Below are positions 17,114 to 24,918 of a DNA stretch of 46,121 nt, piece after piece. Position numbers and translations under genes: made by a program. Origin of the DNA: Candidatus Saccharibacteria bacterium CPR2 (GTDB taxonomy: Bacteria; Patescibacteriota; Saccharimonadia; Saccharimonadales; QWHN01). The notes beneath the pieces were generated by a model. The model was given only the letters and a program-made list of their open reading frames with translations, ran no database searches and was not told the origin of the DNA. Each line of letters begins with the position of its first letter. The first letter of the stretch is position 1. The stretch spans positions 1 through 46,121 of the forward strand of contig QWHN01000004.1 of NCBI GenBank assembly GCA_021404905.1. The letters are read 5' to 3'.

Positions 17114-18601
17114 ATGCCAAACCCGGAATCAACACAACAAACAGAAATACTACAAGAGAAGACTATAGAGCAAGAAACAGACAATCTGAGATTTAAAAGA
17201 ATCAAAAGTTTAATAGGTAAAGTAGCTTTATCGTTGACACTGGTAACTGGCGCGGGAATCGGAGCTGTTGCAGAAGAAGTAGTTAATCCACAGCCGGCAG
17301 AAGCTACAGAATTTGTTAATGATTATCCGAATTTAAATGCAAGCCCATATAATCCATCTGCCTATGAATGGTGGGTTGACGAAAACGGCAATGGCCATCC
17401 AGATGTTAACAATGAACTTATAAGTCCACGTAATTACTATTACCGTAATTGTACTGACGGTGCTGCATATTGGACAGCTAAATATACAGGAGTTAATGTT
17501 ACGGGATGGGGTAATGCTGTAAATTGGGATAATGCTGCTACTGCTTACACTGTAAAACCTGGTAATTCAAATAGCATTGAGCCGGGAGATATTGCCCAGA
17601 GTGACGATGATGGATACTATGGTCATGTAGGTTTTGTGGCAAATGTGGCTAAAGACGCAAGCGGTAACATTACAGCTGTTAATGTTGCGGAACTAAATAA
17701 AGTGGGTACGGGAGAATATAGTTACAGCACATATACATCAAAAAATGCTTCTGGAAAATTTACTCGTGGTGGCACAAAAGACTGGGATCATTTTATAGAT
17801 GTCAATGGAGCTGGCAAAGGGCTGAATGGCGATGTCTTGGGGGGTGGCAACAATGGTGGCAGTGGCGGAAATGGCAACGGCGGAGGCAGCAACGGCATTG
17901 ACACTATAGGTGTTTATAATCCCAATATTGCTACTTTCGATTTACGCAACAGCAACACAACAGGGATTCATGACGTAACACTAGCATATGGAAATATTGG
18001 AGCTGTGGCTCTAACCGGCGACTGGAACGGAGATGGCATTGACACCATCGGTGTCTATAACCCAAGTTTGGCAACATTCGATCTGCGCAATAGTAACACA
18101 ACTGGAAACCATGATATAACTCTTGCTTATGGTAATATTGGCGCGAAACCCCTAGTCGGAGATTGGAATGGTGACGGCATAGATACGATTGGAGTGTATA
18201 ATCCAACACTCGGTACATTTGATCTCAGAAATAGTAATACAACCGGCAATCATGATATAACCCTAGCGTACGGAAACATTGGTGCCATTCCGCTTGTAGG
18301 AGATTGGAACGGGGATGGTATAGACACGATCGGCGTGTACAACCCAAGTTTAGCCACCTTTGATCTACGAAATAGCAATACCACTGGTATCCACGACATT
18401 ACTCTAGCTTATGGAAATATAGGCGCCATCCCTGTGGTCGGAGATTGGAATGGTGACGGCATAGATACTATAGGTGTATATAACCCTACACTTGGCACCT
18501 TTGATCTACGAAATAGCAATACAACAGGTAACCATGACATCACTCTTGCATACGGAAATATTGGTGCCAAGCCGATTATAGGCGACTGGAACGGACAATA
18601 A
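17114..18601 (+). CDS. CHAP-domain peptidoglycan hydrolase with five 47-aa FG-GAP-like (GDWNGDG) repeats
   Basis: CHAP motifs RNCTD, GWGNA..W and YGHVGFV; Gly/Asn linker; five GIDTIGVYNP...GDWNGD repeats. Confidence 0.88.
   Translation: MPNPESTQQTEILQEKTIEQETDNLRFKRIKSLIGKVALSLTLVTGAGIGAVAEEVVNPQPAEATEFVNDYPNLNASPYNPSAYEWWVDENGNGHPDVNNELISPRNYYYRNCTDGAAYWTAKYTGVNVTGWGNAVNWDNAATAYTVKPGNSNSIEPGDIAQSDDDGYYGHVGFVANVAKDASGNITAVNVAELNKVGTGEYSYSTYTSKNASGKFTRGGTKDWDHFIDVNGAGKGLNGDVLGGGNNGGSGGNGNGGGSNGIDTIGVYNPNIATFDLRNSNTTGIHDVTLAYGNIGAVALTGDWNGDGIDTIGVYNPSLATFDLRNSNTTGNHDITLAYGNIGAKPLVGDWNGDGIDTIGVYNPTLGTFDLRNSNTTGNHDITLAYGNIGAIPLVGDWNGDGIDTIGVYNPSLATFDLRNSNTTGIHDITLAYGNIGAIPVVGDWNGDGIDTIGVYNPTLGTFDLRNSNTTGNHDITLAYGNIGAKPIIGDWNGQ
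17894..18598 (+). repeat. Five tandem 141-bp coding repeats
   Basis: 5 x 141 bp exactly fills 17894-18598; near-identical protein, many synonymous differences. Confidence 0.9.
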
Positions 18602-18602
18602 T

Positions 18603-18750
18603 TGGCGACCCCAGGGGGAGTCCGTCGTCAGCTTCGCTTCCTTTGGGGAAATCTTCGGCGATTCTCGAAAACCTTTGGTTTTCTGCGCCGTTGCCTTGAT
18701 TATCGAACCCCTGTTTTCCCGATGCAATCGGGATGCTTAGGCCACTAGAC
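18603..18750 (-). pseudogene. Degenerate tRNA relic / distal att site, with an 82-nt insertion in the T-arm
   Basis: 18603-18619 matches 30234-30250 at 16/17; 18702-18750 matches 30251-30300 at 41/50; the 5' acceptor strand is absent. Confidence 0.75.
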
Positions 18751-18926
18751 TAATAATTAAGTACTATGGCAACAAATATCTCTATCTAGCCATTTTCTTT
18801 AATTTGGTGAACTATCAAATATCGGATTGGAACCAACTCAAGAAGGAATTGGTCTCCTGGAATACTGTACTAGATAGACCGTCAGTTAAAAAGGTGCGTG
18901 AATTAGTACTGGCGTAGACTGGAACC

Positions 18927-19823
18927 TTATATAAGAGGTTGGTTGCGAGAATAGTGGTCCGAGTTTTTTGTATAAGTAATAGCTTGAACGATGTCTAACA
19001 GACTACTGCCTTCTAGTGAAACATTAGCGTTAGGATTAAGTAGTACGTGTAAATCCCTTGATTCAGGCAGGTACTCCGTAGTCCAAAGCACTGCTGATAG
19101 GTCCTTATACTCCTCTTTCTGAAAGTAGCCAATTTCAATCTGGCTACCATTTCTGGTAGTTATCGTGCTCCTGGATGAAACGCTACTCGTTGCGGTATTC
19201 GTTGCCGAGTTTATTGTTACCTGTATAGGACCGATGCCCATTACCATTTCTTCAACAATACTCATACCAGATTTACCCATTGCACTCATATAGTTGCTTT
19301 CGGGAAGGCAAAGAGCAATTACGTATGGTGTTGCTGTGTAGTCAATCCTTGATTGGTTGGAACGCAGCCTAGTTTTGAGCTGTTCGTTCTTGGAGTTTAT
19401 AGCTGTTGTTATTCTGCGTGCAATTTCTTCGTCAGGATAGTCATACAGTCTGCCGTCTAATCTTAACTCGGGAACGTCCGTAGGTGCTGGCACTACACAT
19501 TCAGCCACGTACGAATCCGCTAATATATCTGGCTCTCCTGCACCTGGTTTTCTAACCAATTGTTCAAGTAGTAGGAATCTAAGATTTAGCTCCCAAAGTC
19601 TACTGTAAAACTTTGCCTTTTCACGAAACTCGTTGATAAAGTTTGGCTCTGAGAAACCACCGACAGCTTGCCACCTCTTGTTTATTTCGGCTCTGATATC
19701 TGGTCTGATAGCCATCCAAACAAAGTCACGTTGGTAATCTGGATTATTCTTTACGGCATCGTCAATGTCCTTTTGGGACTTTGGGTCAATGCACTCAACT
19801 GGTTCAAATAAGTCTTGCGTCAT
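18927..19823 (-). CDS. Hypothetical protein, putative PD-(D/E)xK-like nuclease fold
   Basis: EPNFINEF...FYSRLWELNL, GEPDIL..YVAECV, PYVIAL, SAVLW, LNPNA pattern. The ATG at 19823 lies 1 nt after the upstream stop. The fold is an inference. Confidence 0.5.
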   Translation of the reverse strand: MTQDLFEPVECIDPKSQKDIDDAVKNNPDYQRDFVWMAIRPDIRAEINKRWQAVGGFSEPNFINEFREKAKFYSRLWELNLRFLLLEQLVRKPGAGEPDILADSYVAECVVPAPTDVPELRLDGRLYDYPDEEIARRITTAINSKNEQLKTRLRSNQSRIDYTATPYVIALCLPESNYMSAMGKSGMSIVEEMVMGIGPIQVTINSATNTATSSVSSRSTITTRNGSQIEIGYFQKEEYKDLSAVLWTTEYLPESRDLHVLLNPNANVSLEGSSLLDIVQAITYTKNSDHYSRNQPLI

Positions 19824-19824
19824 C

Positions 19825-20418
19825 TTAACCTCTGGCAATAAAATCTATACCCGTTTTTGCACTTGTTACCCATTCAGGTTCTTTGTCCTCAAAAATACGT
19901 TTATAGAAATTGTCTATTGCTTGCTCCAGTTCATTTACGTAATTTTTAGTTGCAATTACAAAATAACCCTTGCCGTCAATGCCCATAGGTGGGCAACCTT
20001 TAATTTTTCCGTTCATCTTGGCAACTTTGGCAACTGCAACTGGCGTATAGCTAATAGTGCCGTCTCGTGCTCTACGTTTGATGCGTGGGGCATAGGCGTG
20101 TGTCGCACTATGGCGAAGGTGCTGGTACAGACCCTGTTGCTTGGTGGTTTCGTCACGAATTATCTCGTCTAGACTTCTGAACTCATCTGCTGACGGTAAT
20201 CTAAATAGACAACGATAAAACCGTCTTTCCTCGGTCTTGCCAGTTTCGCCGTTAACTTTAGGTAAGAAAGCTCCTATTACCTCTGTGTAAGTCAGACAAC
20301 CAAGTGCTGTCAGGAAGTTATTCCCAGCACTAACTGAACGCTTTAGGTCAGTAATCATCCAGCCCTTAACTCGCTCATCAAAGAATTTTTTCGCCTCTGT
20401 TAATTTCTCGTCACTCAT
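19825..20418 (-). CDS. HEPN-like protein (RxxxxH)
   Basis: Mainly helical 197 aa; NFLTALGCLTYTEVIGAF helix and YQHLRHSATHAY (R-H-S-A-T-H = RX4H). Confidence 0.6.
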   Translation of the reverse strand: MSDEKLTEAKKFFDERVKGWMITDLKRSVSAGNNFLTALGCLTYTEVIGAFLPKVNGETGKTEERRFYRCLFRLPSADEFRSLDEIIRDETTKQQGLYQHLRHSATHAYAPRIKRRARDGTISYTPVAVAKVAKMNGKIKGCPPMGIDGKGYFVIATKNYVNELEQAIDNFYKRIFEDKEPEWVTSAKTGIDFIARG

Positions 20419-20436
20419 AGGTATATTATACCACTT

Positions 20437-20682
20437 TTACCCCTGTTTTTTCTCCTTGTACATATCGTAAAGTAGTTTGGCTAGTTCCTCGGCATCTTCT
20501 TTACGTTTGTCTCTAAGCACAAGTTCGTCTAATTGTTCCTTTGTTATCGGCTGGTAAACGGTTTTCATCATCAACACCAGCTTTGACAGTTTGCTGTATG
20601 CCGTCTGGTAGTCCAGTTCTTTATTAAACTTTTGCTTGTATAGCCTTTGAAATTCAGCTACGTCTGACTTAGTTAATTCCAT
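20437..20682 (-). CDS. Small helical hypothetical protein of a type I associate with CPR integrative elements
   Basis: 81 aa, MELTKSDVAEFQRLYKQKFNKELDYQTA; GGAGG RBS upstream. Confidence 0.6.
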   Translation of the reverse strand: MELTKSDVAEFQRLYKQKFNKELDYQTAYSKLSKLVLMMKTVYQPITKEQLDELVLRDKRKEDAEELAKLLYDMYKEKKQG

Positions 20683-20836
20683 ATTTTACCTCCACCCTAA
20701 TGTTAAAACGGATACGTATTCTGTACTGCAATTTTGAGCAGTTGACTAGCACTTATTTTATGGTAAAACATTTGATTTAACAGAGGTAATTTGCTATAAT
20801 TATTTACACATACATTAACAATTTGGGGGTAAAATT

Positions 20837-21466
20837 ATGGCAAATAATGACACCAAAAGCACAGCTAAAAAGTCATCATATCGTGGTGGGTACGAGCTAA
20901 AAGTCATCGGCGATTACGAGTTTGATGAAGTCAGTTCTGCGATGCAGAAGATGATTCGCCGAAATCAGGAGTATGAAGCCTGTTGGTGGGCTTACGTGCT
21001 ACACGATAGCGGTTATTACAAATACGTCTGGCGTAGGCTGATGATAATAGCTTCGGAAGATATAGGTAATGCTAACCCGATGGCAGCCATAATGGTAAAT
21101 ACCCTCAGACAGAATTATGAAGCCACTATGGACAGTAAGACCCGATTCGGTGGCAACGGTGCATTGTTCTTATTCCAAGCCATAATGTACCTCTGCTCCT
21201 CCGAAAAGGTACGTGAAGCCGATACTCTAGCCAACTTAGTTATCAAAGAGTTCAAGGACGGTAAACGCCTAGAGATACCAGAGGTCGCCGTAGATGTACA
21301 CACTGCTAGAGGCAAGGCTATACACGGTAAGTGGGAACAAGGCACGGACAAAGAAAAATCGGAGAGAGCGAAAAAATGGTACGAGGTATGGTCAGTCGTA
21401 ACCCCAGCCTCAAAAATGCCAGACAAGTACCTAGATAAGTGGAAAGAAGTGGAGGGTCATCTATGA
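20837..21466 (+). CDS. Stand-alone MgsA/RarA C-terminal-domain-like protein (no AAA+ ATPase module)
   Basis: SAMQKMIRR..EYEACWW, G..KYVWRRLMIIASEDIGNANP match the RarA C-terminal consensus; no Walker A/B in 209 aa. Confidence 0.75.
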   Translation: MANNDTKSTAKKSSYRGGYELKVIGDYEFDEVSSAMQKMIRRNQEYEACWWAYVLHDSGYYKYVWRRLMIIASEDIGNANPMAAIMVNTLRQNYEATMDSKTRFGGNGALFLFQAIMYLCSSEKVREADTLANLVIKEFKDGKRLEIPEVAVDVHTARGKAIHGKWEQGTDKEKSERAKKWYEVWSVVTPASKMPDKYLDKWKEVEGHL

Positions 21467-22356
21467 ACAATTTAGTAGAAGTAACGATACCCAAAGACTA
21501 CACAGCCGTCTTTGATAACTTGGACGTAGCTGAAAGCACCAGAGCCGATTATTGCTACCGATTGCCGTTGTTCGTGGAGTTCGTGAACACTCACGGCTTT
21601 ACACCAAATACGTACTTAGATTATAAAAAGCATTTGCGGACAATGCCGTGGTCAGTATCAACCAAGAATAAGCATCTGATAGTTGCGAGGGTTTTTCTAA
21701 AAGAACTGCACCGCCAAGGCTTAATTCCAACCGACATCACACATAACGTGAAGTCGTTCAAACAAAGCAAGAAGCACAAGAAGCGTGGGCTAAATGACTT
21801 AGAAGCTAAGCGACTAGCTACGTGGCTATCCGAGCGTCCAGATACGCCAGAAAACGACAGGCTAAAAGCTATCTTTTGCTTACTGCTATTACAAGGCTTG
21901 CGTCTTATTGAATTGTGCAGGCTTGACGTTGAAGACATAGACTTTGAAAACGAAGTGCTATATGTGTGGGGTAAAGGACAAGACGATAAAGACCCAATAA
22001 TACTACTGCCTCAAACTGTTTCCTGCTTACGACAATATCTAAAGAGTAACGGACTAAAAGAAGGTGCATTATTCAGGAGTAACAGTCACAGTCAAATGGG
22101 TCAAAGATTATCTACTCGTGGGCTTCGTGAAATTGTAATGGTCATATTCAAAATGCTGAACATCAACAAGACAGCTCACGGTACACGGCACTTCTACACT
22201 AGTCAGTTACTTCTGATTATGCCTGGACATTTAATAGATGTAGCCCTGTACACCAGACACCGTAGCATAGAGATGTTAAGAGTTTACGATAATCGCAACA
22301 AACAGGACTACACTTTAGATAAAGTCGTATCGGCGTTTGCAGGCATTAACTTTTAA
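21463..22356 (+). CDS. Tyrosine recombinase (Xer/integrase family)
   Basis: GLRLIEL (R), GKG (K), AHGTRH (HxxR), RHRSIEMLRVY (H..Y). The ATG at 21463 overlaps the upstream TGA. Confidence 0.9.
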   Translation: MNNLVEVTIPKDYTAVFDNLDVAESTRADYCYRLPLFVEFVNTHGFTPNTYLDYKKHLRTMPWSVSTKNKHLIVARVFLKELHRQGLIPTDITHNVKSFKQSKKHKKRGLNDLEAKRLATWLSERPDTPENDRLKAIFCLLLLQGLRLIELCRLDVEDIDFENEVLYVWGKGQDDKDPIILLPQTVSCLRQYLKSNGLKEGALFRSNSHSQMGQRLSTRGLREIVMVIFKMLNINKTAHGTRHFYTSQLLLIMPGHLIDVALYTRHRSIEMLRVYDNRNKQDYTLDKVVSAFAGINF

Positions 22357-22660
22357 GCCACTACGAGCTAAAAGCCCTAACAAGCCCCTGCAATTTCCCT
22401 AACTTAGCCCTACAAAAACGCTGTTTTGAGCTAAATAGTCCAACAATTCCCTACAAATTGGTAGGCAAAATCTAGGTTTTTGACGGATTTTTGCCTATTT
22501 TTTTAGGGAAAAGGCTGGAAATAGGTAGGGTAAGCCCAGTCATTTACTGCCAATAACTATAATTACAAGCACTAAACTTACTCCCTAAAAAATATAAAAT
22601 TGGGCGATTATTGCTAGTTATGTTGTGATTGGTATATCTAAGGAGTTAGAATAGATACAT

Positions 22661-24916
22661 ATGATTTTAAGCGACAATGAAAAAAGAGATGTTATAAAGT
22701 ACCTTGAAGCAGGAAAACCATTACCCGAAAAGTATCGCTTTCTACTCTTTGAAGATGACCGTGAAGTTGAACTACTATGGAACGGCAAAACTGACGAAGT
22801 TACCACCACCGTTCTACCATTCCAAGTAATTGAACAGATTGACGAACCAAGAAGTGACGATAGGATTGGCTTACAATCAACGTTATTTGATGATACTGGT
22901 CGGCAGATAACTGGCTGGACTAATAAGCTAATTTGGGGCGATAACAAGCTTATACTTTCTTCGCTAAAAAACGGCCCTATGAGAAAAGAAATAGAAGCTC
23001 AAGGCGGTCTCAAGCTAATTTACATTGACCCCCCGTTTGACGTAGGTGCGGACTTCTCAATGGAGTTAAAAATTGGTGAGGGTGACGATGAGGAAACATT
23101 TACTAAACGACCCTCAATAATTGAAGAGGTTGCATATAGGGATACTTGGGGTAAGGGTGCTGATAGTTTCATAGCTATGATTTACGAACGTTTAAGGTTG
23201 ATGAACGAACTTCTGGCAGACGATGGCACCATCTATGTCCACTGTGATTGGCGTGTAAGTGGATATATGCGTTTAGTTCTTGATGAAATTTTCGGGAAAA
23301 ATAACTTTGTTAATGAAATTATTTGGCAAAAAGTCAGAGCTTCAAAGGGGCAAGCAAAAGCATTTGGTAATGTACACGACACCATTTTTGCTTATAGAAA
23401 AAACGACTATAACAAGTTTAATAAACAGTATGGTGAGCACGATGAAGCTCGCCTCAAAAGCCACTATAATAATTGGGAAAAAGATGGCAGACAATACCAG
23501 TTAGCAGACTTTACACAAAAAGGACAAGGTGAACCTAAAGTATTCGGAGACAAAGGACTCCTTTATCCACCAACAGGAAAACACTGGATTTGGTCGCAAG
23601 AACGAATAGACGAAGGCTTAAAAGATGGTTTGATTATCTTTACTGACTCAGGAAAGCCTAGAGTAAAAAGGTATTTGGATACCTCGCAAGGTTCACCGAT
23701 TGAAGATATTTGGAATGATATTTTCCCAATAAACTCACAGGCGAAGGAATCGGTTGATTATCCTACCCAGAAGCCAGAAACACTTTTGGAAAGAATAATT
23801 AAAACTTCTTCTGACGAGGGAGACTTAATTGCAGACTTCTTTGTCGGTTCAGGTACAACACTTGCGGTCGCAGAAAAAATGGGACGCAAGTGGATAGGGT
23901 CAGATTTAGGCAAGTTCAGTATACATACATCTAGAAAAAGAATGATAGATGTTCAAAGAAAAAAGAAGAAAGATGGTGAAGATTTTAGGGCTTTTGAGAT
24001 TCTGAACGTTGGTAGATACGAGCGTGAAAATTATGTAGATATTAACGATGACCTTAGAGCAGAAGAAAGAGCAAAACAAGCAAAACACAAAGAAAATGCG
24101 TTCGTTCAACTAATACTATCCGCATATAAAGCAGAGCCCGTTGAGTCGTTTGTAAATTTTGTTGGCAAAAAACGCGACAGACTGGTAGCAGTTGGCCCCA
24201 TTTCAACACCTGTTTCGTCAAAACAAGTTCACGACATCGTTAGCGAATGTAAAGACAAAGGCATAACCAAAGTTGATATTCTAGGCTTTGATTATGAGAT
24301 GGGTCTAGATTTTCAAGAGTATGCAGACCAAGGAGTTGATGTTGCATTCCGAATTATTCCACGAGAAGTATTTGATAAAAAAGCCGTAGAACGAGGCCAC
24401 GTGAAGTTCTATGATGTTGCGTTTATTGAGGCTATGTCAATAGTTAAAGGCCCACAAAATAAAAAGGAATTAACCATAGAACTTACGGATTTCTCTGTGT
24501 TCTATAATCAAGATGATTCTGGTGAGGTGTCAGAAACTTTAAAGCCTGGTGGTTCAAAAGTAATAGTTGAAGATGGTCAGGTAGTTAAAATAACCAAAAA
24601 TAAAGACGGTGGCGGTGAGGTCAAAGAAATTATTACTAAAAAGTGGAGCGATTGGATAGACTACTGGGCGGTTGATTTTAACTTTGCTGATAGAAAAGAA
24701 ATCATAAAGGTGCTTGAGGGCGACGAAGAAAAAGAAGTCTGGACTGGTGATTATATCTTTGATAACGAATGGCAAAGTTTTAGGACAAAGAAAAATCGTA
24801 ATCTTGAACTGACTTCTGCCGCTAGAGAAATAGTTAGAGGAAAACACAAGGTCGCAATAAAAGTAGTTGATATTTTTGGCAACGACACAACAAAAGTTAT
24901 TGAGGTAGAGGTCTAG
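22661..24916 (+). CDS. mod: Type III R-M methyltransferase (Mod)
   Basis: LIYIDPPF, YPTQKPETLLERII, DFFVGSGTT; directly upstream of a Res gene. Confidence 0.92.
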   Translation: MILSDNEKRDVIKYLEAGKPLPEKYRFLLFEDDREVELLWNGKTDEVTTTVLPFQVIEQIDEPRSDDRIGLQSTLFDDTGRQITGWTNKLIWGDNKLILSSLKNGPMRKEIEAQGGLKLIYIDPPFDVGADFSMELKIGEGDDEETFTKRPSIIEEVAYRDTWGKGADSFIAMIYERLRLMNELLADDGTIYVHCDWRVSGYMRLVLDEIFGKNNFVNEIIWQKVRASKGQAKAFGNVHDTIFAYRKNDYNKFNKQYGEHDEARLKSHYNNWEKDGRQYQLADFTQKGQGEPKVFGDKGLLYPPTGKHWIWSQERIDEGLKDGLIIFTDSGKPRVKRYLDTSQGSPIEDIWNDIFPINSQAKESVDYPTQKPETLLERIIKTSSDEGDLIADFFVGSGTTLAVAEKMGRKWIGSDLGKFSIHTSRKRMIDVQRKKKKDGEDFRAFEILNVGRYERENYVDINDDLRAEERAKQAKHKENAFVQLILSAYKAEPVESFVNFVGKKRDRLVAVGPISTPVSSKQVHDIVSECKDKGITKVDILGFDYEMGLDFQEYADQGVDVAFRIIPREVFDKKAVERGHVKFYDVAFIEAMSIVKGPQNKKELTIELTDFSVFYNQDDSGEVSETLKPGGSKVIVEDGQVVKITKNKDGGGEVKEIITKKWSDWIDYWAVDFNFADRKEIIKVLEGDEEKEVWTGDYIFDNEWQSFRTKKNRNLELTSAAREIVRGKHKVAIKVVDIFGNDTTKVIEVEV

Positions 24917-24918
24917 CT

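Noticed and set aside
17894-18598. 141-bp repeats as CRISPR or a diversity-generating retroelement
   Set aside because: Variation is synonymous and spread across all bases rather than adenine-specific; no reverse transcriptase; the repeats encode protein domains.
18603-18750. Functional tRNA-Ala(TGC) gene
   Set aside because: The 5' acceptor strand and positions 8-9 are missing and the T-arm is interrupted; recorded as a relic instead.
22661-24916. Phase-variable simple repeat in mod (phasevarion)
   Set aside because: No simple-sequence-repeat tract seen in or before the gene; the ORF is intact.
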